Part shown: positions 12,838-21,696 of the stretch, piece after piece
Numbering within the stretch: the first letter of the stretch is position 1
Layout: every line of letters begins with the position of its first letter
NCBI GenBank assembly: GCA_030745755.1
Contig: JASLOA010000041.1
Span: 6,515-70,514 of the forward strand
DNA length: 64,000 nt
Source of the DNA: Kiritimatiellia bacterium
Lineage (GTDB): Bacteria > Verrucomicrobiota > Kiritimatiellia > UBA8416 > JABMPJ01
Direction: 5' to 3'
Made by a program: the position numbers and the translations under genes
The notes under the pieces: generated by a model
Database searches by the model: none
What the model was told of the DNA's origin: nothing
Seen by the model: only the letters and a program-made list of their open reading frames with translations

Positions 12838-13806
12838 TTAGCCGTCACCCTCAAGACTATGCTGCCCCAGCACAAGGATGGCGCGCAGCAGGTCAATCAG
12901 CAGGTGGTAGAACGCAAACAGGATGTAGCTGAAGAACGGCAGCAGCACACAGGCCGTGATGAGCCGCAGGGCTGAGATCGCCGCCGTGGGGTCGCCGCTG
13001 CGCATCATGGTGAGCGTGGCCGCGATCAGGGCGATGGAGCCCAGGATGGCGCCTATACCGAACGCCATGGGCACCAATCGCACGATGGTCTTGATCGCGA
13101 GGGACATGATGCCAATCGCTTCTTCACCGGCCCCCACTTCGCCGCCGACATCGATGTTGACCATGGAGGGATGCAGCGCGATATAGGCCACCGCATCGCA
13201 CAGAGCCCATAGCGCCAGGCCCACAAAGAAATAGCCCCAGCCCCCCACGAACCAGTACGTGAAGAACAGGGAGATACCGAGCACCTCGACCAGTAGGGCC
13301 AGGCAGTCCATAAAGGCATCTGAACCAAGTCGGCTGGGAGAGTTGGATAGGAGCCGGTCGCCCGCATCCATAAAGCGACTCGCTGTATACTGGAGAATCA
13401 CGAGCAGCAGGGCCACGCCGATCCCGGCAGGGAACAGGCGCCAGTTGTTCATCTTGAACGCAGCGGTCAATCCCAGGATAACACAGGCCGCCTCTGCCAC
13501 GATGAGGCCCAGGTGCCCGTATTTCACAAGCGAGGTGGCAATGGTGTCGAACATCTCGACCGGGAACACGCGACGCGCCCAGGCAATGACGTCGTCGAGC
13601 ATGTCGACTGCCGCCAGCGGATTGCAGCGATCAGACGCAAAAAACGCGCCCGCCCGGTTGCAGGCTCCGAGGGCCTTCTTCGCAGGGGACTCGCCCTGTT
13701 CGGCTTCAGACTCGGGCGCAGGCTCTTCAGCGGACGCGGCCTCCGGTTCCTGGACCACCGTCGCGTCTTCTTCTATAGGCTCAACAGGTTTGTTCTGCTC
13801 TTCCAT
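12838..13806 (-). CDS. hypothetical integral membrane protein with an acidic, disordered N-terminus
   Basis: 322 aa with GC3-rich codon usage. About 60 aa of E/A/P-rich N-terminus are followed by about 6 TM helices. I recognise no family. Confidence 0.5.
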   Translation of the reverse strand: MEEQNKPVEPIEEDATVVQEPEAASAEEPAPESEAEQGESPAKKALGACNRAGAFFASDRCNPLAAVDMLDDVIAWARRVFPVEMFDTIATSLVKYGHLGLIVAEAACVILGLTAAFKMNNWRLFPAGIGVALLLVILQYTASRFMDAGDRLLSNSPSRLGSDAFMDCLALLVEVLGISLFFTYWFVGGWGYFFVGLALWALCDAVAYIALHPSMVNIDVGGEVGAGEEAIGIMSLAIKTIVRLVPMAFGIGAILGSIALIAATLTMMRSGDPTAAISALRLITACVLLPFFSYILFAFYHLLIDLLRAILVLGQHSLEGDG

Positions 13807-13925
13807 GACGACCTCCTTCTTACATCACACGCCGGAAAGAGTATGCATCAGGGGCTCTGGATGCAAGATGAGAGTGGGGCCGCTCAGCAATTCTCATTTT
13901 GGAAGCATTCGTGCTTTGTCTGATC

Positions 13926-14025
13926 TGTCATTCCGAGCGAAGTCGAGAGCCTGTGCTGAGCTTGCCGAAGTAAATCTCCAGTGTTTTCGATGATCAGGAG
14001 ATCCCTCGGCAAGCTCGGGATGACA
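13926..14025. repeat. family-1 palindromic element, copy 2
   Basis: CTGTCATTCCGAGCGAAGTCGAGAGCC...GGAGATCCCTCGGCAAGCTCGGGATGACA. It shares the GTTTTCGATG spacer with copy 1. Confidence 0.8.
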
Positions 14026-14081
14026 GAACGGCTTGAAGTAGTGCCATAATGAGAATCGCCTGGGGGCCTCTGCGATGTAAA

Positions 14082-14111
14082 GGGGGTAGGGCGAGCGTCC
14101 CCGCGAGCCGC
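14082..14111. repeat. family-2 GC-rich repeat (GGGGGTAGGGCGAGCGTCCCCGCGAGCCGC), single arm
   Basis: Lies next to MITE copy 2 in the same intergenic region. Confidence 0.7.
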
Positions 14112-14116
14112 AAACA

Positions 14117-14527
14117 CTACGGATCCACATTCTCAAGCGCGAGCGACGTGAAATCGATACGGCGATAGTAGCAGTTGCGGGGCTTGCCATTCTGGTTGCT
14201 CGTGTGACAGATCCCGCCCGCGCGGGGACGTACCGTATAGAGGAGTGAGTTCTGCTCACAGTTCACGAATGCCTCAACCAGGTCATAGGTCTGCCCCGAG
14301 GTCGCGCCTTTCTCCCATAACTCATTGCGTGACGTACTCCACAGAACCAGGCTGCGCTTGGTCATCGACTCCTTGAAAGCCAATTCATTGGTGTAGGCCA
14401 CCAGGATCAGCTCCTTCGTATCAGCATGCTGCACCGCAACAGGAATAACATCCGGGCAATTCCCCGCCACCTTCGCCAATTTCGCAAAATCCAGCGTCAA
14501 CGCTGTGCCTTCTTCAAGTTCTTTCAT
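14117..14527 (-). CDS. hisI: phosphoribosyl-AMP cyclohydrolase
   Basis: LILVAYTNELAFKESMTKRSLVLWSTSRNELWEKGATSGQ...GGICHTS matches the HisI core. Start placed at MKELEEG (14527), with a GAAGAGG RBS about 13 nt upstream. Confidence 0.85.
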   Translation of the reverse strand: MKELEEGTALTLDFAKLAKVAGNCPDVIPVAVQHADTKELILVAYTNELAFKESMTKRSLVLWSTSRNELWEKGATSGQTYDLVEAFVNCEQNSLLYTVRPRAGGICHTSNQNGKPRNCYYRRIDFTSLALENVDP

Positions 14528-14705
14528 ATTCTTACACATCCTCTTCTTCGGTACGGCCCCCACCGGCTTGTCCGGTGGGTGAGCAAGACTATCCAGACAA
14601 GAAAGGGTTGTCAAAGCGACTTTGCGGCTGGTGAGTGCGAGGAGAGGACTTGCGGTCAAGACTCGCGCAAATCAGCCGCGTTCTAACCGCTACGATGCAG
14701 TCTTT

Positions 14706-14808
14706 CTTGACAGGATCAACAGGATTAACTGGATGGACAGCGGCCTGCGGCCGCCGGGGCCCTCCGCGCGAAGCGCGGTTATCCTGTTCATCCCGTTGAT
14801 CCTGTCAA
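14706..14808. repeat. long inverted repeat (CTTGACAGGATCAACAGGATTAAC ... GTTATCCTGTTCATCCCGTTGATCCTGTCAA) flanking a GC-rich core hairpin, between lexA stop and hisI start
   Basis: Arms of about 24 and 31 nt; the right arm carries a 9-nt insertion (TCATCCCGT). The central CCGCGCGAAGCGCGG is a hairpin. Confidence 0.6.
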
Positions 14809-14839
14809 AAAAGGGAGTCTTCCCTCTGTCCAAGCTGCC

Positions 14840-15421
14840 TCAATACTTCCTGATCACACTACGCACTACGCCCGCGATTTCGAGCGAATTCTGCGGACGG
14901 ATAGGCTCATACTTGCTGTTGGCCGGATCCAAGCGCACGCCCTGGCGGTCCTTGACGAAGTACTTGATCGTCCACTCGCCATCCACCTGTGCAATCACAA
15001 TGCTGTTCTTGCGCGGTGGAGCGTCCCGTTCAACCAGCACCATATCGCCCGGATGAATGCCAGCATCAATCATCGAATCACCCGTCACACGCAACATAAA
15101 GGTCGATTCCGGCTTCTCAATCAGAAACTCATCCAGTGTGATCGTGTCGAGCAGCTCCTCCTCCGCAGGGGAGGGGAAGCCGGCCTGGACCGTGCCGAGG
15201 AGGCGAATGTTCCCGATGAGCTTGTCCGTGAACGCAATCTTGCGGCCGGTCTTCGTGATATAGCCCAACTCGTCCAGCTTCAGCAGTAGGCTGTGCACGG
15301 CCTGCTTGGAGCGATATCCAAAGAGGGTAAGCATCTCGCTATAGCCCGGCATCCGCTTCTCGCGGAGCACGAACTCCCGTAGGCGACCGACCTTGGTGGC
15401 TATATCTGTCTTGCGTGGCAT
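14840..15421 (-). CDS. lexA: LexA repressor (S24 peptidase)
   Basis: An N-terminal wHTH is followed by the C-terminal S24 motifs ...VTGDSMIDAGIHPGDMVLV...IVIAQVDGEWTIK. Confidence 0.9.
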   Translation of the reverse strand: MPRKTDIATKVGRLREFVLREKRMPGYSEMLTLFGYRSKQAVHSLLLKLDELGYITKTGRKIAFTDKLIGNIRLLGTVQAGFPSPAEEELLDTITLDEFLIEKPESTFMLRVTGDSMIDAGIHPGDMVLVERDAPPRKNSIVIAQVDGEWTIKYFVKDRQGVRLDPANSKYEPIRPQNSLEIAGVVRSVIRKY

Positions 15422-15439
15422 AACGAACGCATGGTGACA

Positions 15440-15453
15440 GAACTATAGTTTTG
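15440..15453. promoter_or_regulatory. candidate LexA operator (Cheo-box-like palindrome AGAACTATAGTTTT) 19 nt upstream of the lexA start codon
   Basis: It matches the GAAC-N4-GTT core of the CGAACRNRYGTTCG consensus in 10 of 14 positions and sits in the lexA promoter region. A second half-site-like CGAACGCATGG lies at 15426-15436. Confidence 0.45.
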
Positions 15454-15529
15454 TGGCAAGGCAGAAGTCCCCTGCTGGTTTCCTGTGCCCAACGCGGCTC
15501 AGGCGCCCGCTCTCCCGCTGAGGCCTTCG

Positions 15530-15919
15530 TCACACGCAGGGGATCTGGGGTAGGTGCTTGAAGTGGTCGTCGCGCGTAAAGAGCATAAGACGGTGTTGGA
15601 TTACGAGGGCCGCGATCCATAGATCGTTCGCGGGAACGGGGGTGCCTTGGCCCCTGAGCTGCGCATAGAGGCGACCATAGTGGAAGGTCGTTTGCTCGTC
15701 GGGCATAAGCATCACGACGCGTGGTCGATCAAGGAAGATACTCAGCACGCGCTCGTTTTGGCTGGCCAGTGTTCCACAGGCAAAGCCCGCCCGCAGTTCA
15801 GCCAAAACCGGCAGAGGCATGAATATCCGGTCGGCGCTCTGAAGGACTTCTCGTGCCTTCGCATCGTCCTCGCAAAAGTCCCTGTAACGGTTTGTGTCAA
15901 TCGCGATCCTCATCGCCAC
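15530..15919 (-). CDS. vapC: PIN-domain toxin VapC (type II toxin-antitoxin)
   Basis: 129 aa opening MAMRIAIDTNRY..., with conserved PIN acidic residues (D8, E42, D104-like). Confidence 0.8.
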   Translation of the reverse strand: MAMRIAIDTNRYRDFCEDDAKAREVLQSADRIFMPLPVLAELRAGFACGTLASQNERVLSIFLDRPRVVMLMPDEQTTFHYGRLYAQLRGQGTPVPANDLWIAALVIQHRLMLFTRDDHFKHLPQIPCV

Positions 15920-16167
15920 ATACTCTCGTCGACTTGACGCATCTCATCAAGGGCTTGTTCGGTCGCCTCATCGCGCACCCACGTGCCTGCCAAATCGTCC
16001 AGATCGTGGTGCAGGGCGGGAAGATCTCCAACGCCGACGCCCTTCTTCAGGGCTTCCAGGGATGCTTCGTTCAGGGTTTGCCCGTACTCGGTCGCCGTTT
16101 CACGCAACTTTGCGTTCAGGCGGTCTGGTACGTTCCTGATGGTATACTGAATCTTCGGCTTCTTCAT
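15910..16167 (-). CDS. vapB: VapB-type antitoxin (ribbon-helix-helix / plasmid-stability-protein-like)
   Basis: 85 aa protein directly upstream of vapC with a 10-nt overlap. The N-terminus KIQYTIRNVPDRLNAKLRETA is typical of RHH/FitA-like antitoxins. Confidence 0.7.
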   Translation of the reverse strand: MKKPKIQYTIRNVPDRLNAKLRETATEYGQTLNEASLEALKKGVGVGDLPALHHDLDDLAGTWVRDEATEQALDEMRQVDESMWR

Positions 16168-16266
16168 GCCTGCACAATATCAAGGCGCTGCCTGCACGTC
16201 AAGCAGGTTTTTGGCCGAGCGATGTGTGTAGTCTGGCGTTGCGGATCTCATTGTCGGCGGCGTCGC

Positions 16267-16452
16267 TCATGCCTTAACTCCAAACTCATCGAGCGCTTCA
16301 AACATCGCCATGATATTGGCGGGGGGAACTTCTGGCAGGATGTTGTGTACTGTGTTGAACACGAAGCCGCCACCGGGAGCGAGGATCTCAAGGCGATCAC
16401 GCACGTGAGCCTTTACCTCTGCCGTAGTGGCGCGGTTCAAGACTGAGCGCAA
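16267..16452 (-). pseudogene. 3'-terminal remnant of a uroporphyrinogen-decarboxylase (URO-D/MtaA)-family gene
   Basis: The 61-aa ORF ...VRDRLEILAPGGGFVFNTVHNILPEVPPANIMAMFEALDEF matches the extreme C-terminus of URO-D-family proteins. No upstream body exists, and a MITE copy lies immediately upstream at 16494-16569. Confidence 0.6.
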
Positions 16453-16493
16453 GTGTTATGCCTCACGTAGAGAGGCATATGAATACACTGTCC

Positions 16494-16569
16494 TGTCATC
16501 CCGAGCTTGTCGAGGGATCTCCAGCGGCTTGCAAGGGTCTGAGATTCCTCGACTTCTCTCGGAATGACA
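16494..16569. repeat. family-1 palindromic element, copy 3
   Basis: TGTCATCCCGAGCTTGTCGAGGGATCTCC-N18-GAGATTCCTCGACTTCTCTCGGAATGACA. Confidence 0.85.
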
Positions 16570-16601
16570 GAGCTCATATCGGTTGACCTGCCGCGCAGGC
16601 C

Positions 16602-19600
16602 TTACATCTCGAAGATGGATTCGATGTCTTCCCAGGACATACTCTTCATGGCCTGTTCGTCGGATTCGACGGTGGCGTCGATGATGGCGCGCTTCTTCTT
16701 CTGGAGGGCCAGCACCTTCTCTTCGACAGTGTCCTCCGTGATGAGCTTGACGCTGTAGACGGTACGCTTCTGTCCGATGCGGTGGGCGCGGTCGGTGGCC
16801 TGGTTCTCGACGGCGGGATTCCACCACGGATCGAAGTGGATCACCATGTCGGCACCGGTCAGGTTGAGGCCGGTGCCGCCGGCTTTGAGGCTGATCAGGA
16901 AGATCGGGATGGCGCGGTTGGTGTTGAACTTCTGTACTTCCTGCATGCGCTCCTTGGTGGAGCCATCAAGGTAGCAGTGTTCGATACCGCGCTCTTTGAG
17001 TTCATCCTGAATGATGTGCAGCATAGAGACAAACTGGCTGAAGATGAGGACACGGTGACCGCCGTCAAGCGCTTCGTCGAGCAACTCGAAACATTGATCG
17101 AGCTTGGCCGAGGGCTGCGCCGGCTTGACCCCGTCGAGCTTGAGCAGGTCGAGATGGCAGCAGGTCTGGCGCAGACGCATGAGCAGCGTCAGAATCTCCA
17201 TGCGGCTCTGGTTGAAGCCCTTCTTCTTGACCATGGACGCGATCTTGCGGCGCGACGATTCGAGTAGCTCTTTGTAGACGGCGGACTGGTCCGGCGAAAG
17301 CTGACAGGTCGAGACGCGCTCGATCTTGGGCGGCAGATCCTTGGCCACGTCGGTCTTGAGCCGGCGCATCAGGAAGGGCTGAAGCTTGCGGCGTAACCGC
17401 TTCTGCGCCGCTTCGGCCTCAAGACCGCCTCGTGCGATGGGCTGCTCATAGAGATGCTTGAAGACGTCATGGGCGCCGAGGTAGCCGGGGATCAGGAAGT
17501 CCATGATCGACCAGAGATCGGATACACTGTTCTCCATGGGCGTACCGGTCAGGACAATACGCTGCCGCGCGCGCAGTCGCTTGGCGGCGATAGCGTTCTG
17601 CGTGGCGCGGTTTTTGATGTGTTGCGCCTCATCGAGGATCAGCGCGGCGAACTCGTGATCGCCATAGTATTCCAGGTCGCGCCGTAGGAGTGCGTAGGAG
17701 GTGATCGCCAGGTCGGCATCTCCCAGTTCGTCCCACAGGTCATGCCGGTCTTTTCCGCTGATCTCCAAAACGGTGAGGTGCGGCGTGAACTTGCGCGCCT
17801 CGGCGGCCCAGTTGCCGACCAGGCTGGTGGGGCATACCACGAGGGCGGGCCTGCCGTCAGACGTCGGGTCAGTGCGGTTGAGCTGTAGCCATGTCAATGC
17901 CTGAAGCGTCTTGCCAAGTCCCATCTCGTCGGCCAGCAGGGCGCCGAACCCATTCTCCTCCATGAAGCGCATCCAGCTCACGCCGGTCTTCTGGTAGGGA
18001 CGCAGGATGCCGTCCAGCGGCGGCTCCAGCGGTACGGGCTCCATCTTGGAGTTGCGGTTGGCTTTGGCGGCCTGCTTGCGCCATTCAGGCTCCGACTCCA
18101 CATCAATCCCGTCGAGCGCATCGAGAGATGACTGAACAAAGGGGGCATAGACGTCACTGACGCGGAAGCAGCCGGGGCGGTCGGTGCCCATACCGCCACA
18201 GTCTTCGAAGACACCGGTCATGGAGTCGACCGCATCGCCGTCGATCAGGAGGTAGCGTCCGTTCTGCTCCACAAAGGACTCGCCCTTGCGCAGGGCACGT
18301 TGGATGTCCAGGGCGGAGATGCTGGCGCCCTGCATATCCTCAAAATCAAAGCTGACATCGAACCAGCCCGCATCGTCGTTGGGCTGAATGTGGGCCACGG
18401 GCGCAATGAAGTCCATGTCATCGAGGAACGACGAGACGCGACCCTCAATATCAATCTTCCATCCGAGCCGACGCAAGGCCGGCATGTGCCCGCCCAGGAA
18501 GTTCATGACCTCGCGCTTGCTCACGATGTGTGTGAGATCATCGCCGACCATCCCCGCAAACCCGGTCGGTCGAAGCTGCTGCAGTGCCATCTGTTCGCGA
18601 GGCCGGTTGCGCACCTCGTAGCGCATCAGGTCGTCGGGGTCGGGCAAGGCGAACCCCGTGCGGGCATCGGGCCTGTCGGCTATGAATTCAAGGCCGTCGT
18701 AGACGGCATACAGCACGGCGGACAGTGATGCGGGTGATCCACTGACCTGCAGGCGGAACGACGGCGTGCCGGGATCCGCGGTGAAGAGGTCCAGCGAGAG
18801 GTCGGACTCCACGACCGTGTGCTCCTGGATCGAAGGAAGCTCGGCCCGGAGAAAGCGCATGACATCCGAACGCGGTACAATGATCGGCTCGAGGTAGATG
18901 GCGTGGTAGGGGCCGGGCAGCACGGAGTCAAGCGGCCAGAAATGACCGCCGCCATGTACCCACCCCTCGCGGCCGTGAACGGCATAGACCGGGAACTCGC
19001 CGGGCTTCAGAAAGGGCAGTTCGGTGTGCGCCAACAGAATCAGCTCGCCGTTCTCGCGGTCGAGATCCATGCGCAGGTGCATGGTCATGGGCGTCTCACC
19101 CACCTGGATGCCCGTGCCGTCGGCGCAATGGATCGGGCGGCCGGCATGCAGGCGGATCACGTTCACGAAATCGGCCAGCTTGAGCTCCATCTCGTGACGG
19201 ACCGGTCCCTCTGCAATGTCCTCCATGACAAAGAGCAGGTTCTCGTCGCGTTTGCTGAAGGTGAAAGGCGTCTCCGTGTTGACCTGGTCGACCGGCACAA
19301 CCTTGCGCCGGATGACCAGGTCGCAGGTGACAGCAACGGAGCCACGCGGAAGGGTCCTGGCCCAGTCGGAGGCAAGCGTGACACGGAAGCCGGCGGGGCT
19401 GGCCCCGGGTGTGTCCGGGCTCACACGCTGGATATAGTCGCCTTCATCGATACTGGCGAGTCGCTCGGCCTGGCGCATCTCAGCCAGGTACTTCGCCTCA
19501 CGGAGCGGGTCGGTGGCGCGCTTGATCAGCATCAGCGCCACGGCAATGACATGCGTACAGATCAGTCCGCGTTCCTTGTTGGTGTAGCAGGGGCACTCGT

Positions 19601-19796
19601 TCTGGACCAGTCCGCCCTTGAGAATCTTGAGAGCCGTTACCAGTTCGCGATTACTGGCAAGGACGCTGCCCCGGATAGTGGGCGCATCAAACTCGGCCTT
19701 GAGCACATTGCCGCTTTCGAGACTGCGTTCGGCATCGCGCACCACGTCTGCACCGGCCCAATCAATGAGCATCTTGCGTGTGAAAGGCAATTTCAT
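16602..19796 (-). CDS. SNF2-family DEAD/DEAH helicase with an N-terminal SWIM zinc finger (YwqA/RapA-like)
   Basis: 1064 aa. It carries a SWIM CxC...CxH motif (NECPCYTNKERGLICTHV), LRPYQKTGVSWM...DEMGLGKT (motifs I/Ia), DEAQHIKN (motif II), LTGTP (III) and the helicase-C QATDRAHRIGQ (VI). Confidence 0.85.
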   Translation of the reverse strand: MKLPFTRKMLIDWAGADVVRDAERSLESGNVLKAEFDAPTIRGSVLASNRELVTALKILKGGLVQNECPCYTNKERGLICTHVIAVALMLIKRATDPLREAKYLAEMRQAERLASIDEGDYIQRVSPDTPGASPAGFRVTLASDWARTLPRGSVAVTCDLVIRRKVVPVDQVNTETPFTFSKRDENLLFVMEDIAEGPVRHEMELKLADFVNVIRLHAGRPIHCADGTGIQVGETPMTMHLRMDLDRENGELILLAHTELPFLKPGEFPVYAVHGREGWVHGGGHFWPLDSVLPGPYHAIYLEPIIVPRSDVMRFLRAELPSIQEHTVVESDLSLDLFTADPGTPSFRLQVSGSPASLSAVLYAVYDGLEFIADRPDARTGFALPDPDDLMRYEVRNRPREQMALQQLRPTGFAGMVGDDLTHIVSKREVMNFLGGHMPALRRLGWKIDIEGRVSSFLDDMDFIAPVAHIQPNDDAGWFDVSFDFEDMQGASISALDIQRALRKGESFVEQNGRYLLIDGDAVDSMTGVFEDCGGMGTDRPGCFRVSDVYAPFVQSSLDALDGIDVESEPEWRKQAAKANRNSKMEPVPLEPPLDGILRPYQKTGVSWMRFMEENGFGALLADEMGLGKTLQALTWLQLNRTDPTSDGRPALVVCPTSLVGNWAAEARKFTPHLTVLEISGKDRHDLWDELGDADLAITSYALLRRDLEYYGDHEFAALILDEAQHIKNRATQNAIAAKRLRARQRIVLTGTPMENSVSDLWSIMDFLIPGYLGAHDVFKHLYEQPIARGGLEAEAAQKRLRRKLQPFLMRRLKTDVAKDLPPKIERVSTCQLSPDQSAVYKELLESSRRKIASMVKKKGFNQSRMEILTLLMRLRQTCCHLDLLKLDGVKPAQPSAKLDQCFELLDEALDGGHRVLIFSQFVSMLHIIQDELKERGIEHCYLDGSTKERMQEVQKFNTNRAIPIFLISLKAGGTGLNLTGADMVIHFDPWWNPAVENQATDRAHRIGQKRTVYSVKLITEDTVEEKVLALQKKKRAIIDATVESDEQAMKSMSWEDIESIFEM

Positions 19797-19914
19797 CTAT
19801 CCGGCGTTTATAGCACAGAGATCCAACGAAAGAAAAGCCCAGAGCGGGGAGGGGAGAAGATTAACCGCGAAAGAGCGCAAGGAACGCAAAGGAAGCATGT
19901 GCGTATGTTGCAGG

Positions 19915-19990
19915 GGAGATGCCTCGACTTCGCTCGGCATGACACGGAACGCTAAGGAATTGTCATCCCGAGCGAAGCCGAGGGATCTCC
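19915..19990. repeat. family-1 palindromic element, copy 4 (arms in reverse-then-forward order)
   Basis: GGAGATGCCTCGACTTCGCTCGGCATGACA-N16-TGTCATCCCGAGCGAAGCCGAGGGATCTCC. Confidence 0.85.
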
Positions 19991-20088
19991 TATGCGACCC
20001 AGGGCTAGAAATTGGGGTACAATTTCCTAATGTGGGTTGAATCAGGGCAGGGGGTGGGGTAGCCTGTTGGAAAGGGAAGGGAACGGCG

Positions 20089-20631
20089 GTGGAGTACGAA
20101 GTTCTTACTTATGGCAATAAGTTGCTGCGACGCAAGGCATCTCCGGTTGAGGAGGTCACGGACGATATCCGTGCGCTGGTGCAGGATATGCTGAAGACGA
20201 TGTACGACTCGGATGGGCTGGGGCTTGCGGCGGCGCAGGTCGGTCGGCCCGAGGCGATCTGTGTGATTGATATTCCTCCCATGCGCGACGAGGAGACCGG
20301 AGCGCCGAAACGCGAGAACCCCGATGTGCGCATGCCGCTGGTCCTGGTGAACCCCCGCATCATCGAGCGTGATGGCGAGCAGGTGGGGTCAGAGGGCTGC
20401 CTCAGTTTTCCCGGTATCTTTGTCAGCGTGAAACGTGCAGAGACAGTGACCGTGTCGTTTCTGGACATGGAGAACGAGTCGCGCACGGTGCGGGCCCGCG
20501 GCCTGCTGGCGCGTGCGATACTGCATGAACTGGACCACCTGCACGGCGTATTGCTGGTCGACCGCATGTCGCCGGTCCAGAAGGTTGCGGTGGCAGGCAA
20601 GCTGAAGCGGCTGCGGAAACAACGGAAGTAG
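20089..20631 (+). CDS. def: peptide deformylase
   Basis: GLGLAAAQVG, EGCLSFPG and HELDHLHG are the three Def motifs. It starts with GTG, and GGGAAGG lies upstream. Confidence 0.9.
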   Translation: MEYEVLTYGNKLLRRKASPVEEVTDDIRALVQDMLKTMYDSDGLGLAAAQVGRPEAICVIDIPPMRDEETGAPKRENPDVRMPLVLVNPRIIERDGEQVGSEGCLSFPGIFVSVKRAETVTVSFLDMENESRTVRARGLLARAILHELDHLHGVLLVDRMSPVQKVAVAGKLKRLRKQRK

Positions 20632-20641
20632 GGGGGGCGGC

Positions 20642-20779
20642 CAGGTAGGGCGTGGCGTCCCGCCGCGCCGTGATCAAGAGATGTGCATGGTTGAGTAAGG
20701 AACGCGCTTAGCTCTGGTCTCTCTCTACCCATGCTCTGCGCCTTGCGCTCGGCGCGGCGAGGACGCCACGCCCTACCTG
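20642..20779. repeat. family-2-related inverted repeat pair (CAGGTAGGGCGTGGCGTCCCGCCGCGCCG ... CGGCGCGGCGAGGACGCCACGCCCTACCTG) about 80 nt apart, between convergent def and parA
   Basis: 29-30 nt arms with near-perfect complementarity, seen directly. Confidence 0.7.
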
Positions 20780-21654
20780 ACTGGGTTGCGCCCGGTGGGG
20801 GCGTTGTCCTCCTCGGGTTGAGGTGCACCAGTGGAGGTCCCGGCGGGGCCGTCCGAACGCGCAACGAATTCATCCGCGAAGGCCTGGTAGGCCTTGGCGC
20901 CACGCGAGTGCTTGTCGTACTCGATGATGGACTGACCGTAGCTGGGTGCTTCGCTGAGGCGGACGTTGCGCGGAATAGTGGTCTCATAGACCGCATCTCC
21001 GAAGTGCTTGCGTACTTCTTCGACGACCTCGCCGGAGAGCCGGGTGCGGCCGTCGAACATGGTCATGAGGATGCCTTCGATCCCGAGCCGGGGATTGGCG
21101 CCGCTGTCGCGTAGCTGGCCGACGATACGCGTCATCACGCTGAGACCTTCCAGCGCGTAGTACTCACACTGCATGGGAATCAGGATTCCGTGGGACGCCG
21201 TCAGCGCGTTCATGGTGAGGATGCCCAGTGCGGGGGGGCAATCCAGCAGCACGAGATGGTAACGCCCTGCCTGGATCAAGGGCTCAAGGGCGCGGTTGAG
21301 GCAATGGAGGTAGTTGCTCTGTCGTGCGACATCCACTTCCGATCCAGCCAGATCCAGCTCGGATGGAATGATGTCCAGGCCCGGCACCATGGTGGGCTGC
21401 AACAGGTCAATCGCGCTGCCATGCCCCAGGAGAGCCCGGTACAGGCTGGCGCCTTCCTGCAGTGGAAGTCCAAGTCCGCTCGTGGCGTTGGCCTGGGGAT
21501 CGAGATCGATCAGCAACACCTGCCAGCCTCGCTGCGCCAGGCAGGCCGCCAGGTTTACCGTGGTGGTGGTCTTGCCGACACCGCCCTTCTGATTGGCGAC
21601 GGCGACGACGCGCGTTGTGATCAAGCTGTTGTCTTGCAATGGTGCTTCACTCAC
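20773..21654 (-). CDS. parA: ParA/Soj-family P-loop ATPase
   Basis: [22 protein letters not shown] is a deviant Walker A, followed by [12 protein letters not shown]. There is a roughly 40 aa P/G-rich C-terminal tail, and no parB is adjacent. Confidence 0.85.
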   Translation of the reverse strand: MSEAPLQDNSLITTRVVAVANQKGGVGKTTTTVNLAACLAQRGWQVLLIDLDPQANATSGLGLPLQEGASLYRALLGHGSAIDLLQPTMVPGLDIIPSELDLAGSEVDVARQSNYLHCLNRALEPLIQAGRYHLVLLDCPPALGILTMNALTASHGILIPMQCEYYALEGLSVMTRIVGQLRDSGANPRLGIEGILMTMFDGRTRLSGEVVEEVRKHFGDAVYETTIPRNVRLSEAPSYGQSIIEYDKHSRGAKAYQAFADEFVARSDGPAGTSTGAPQPEEDNAPTGRNPVR

Positions 21655-21696
21655 GATCGCTCGGACCTCTCGTTCCTATAGTCTACAGCCTATAGC

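Noticed and set aside
21655-21696. Possible parS site between parA and leuD
   Set aside because: The region has short CCTATAG direct repeats but nothing resembling the TGTTNCACGTGAAACA parS palindrome.
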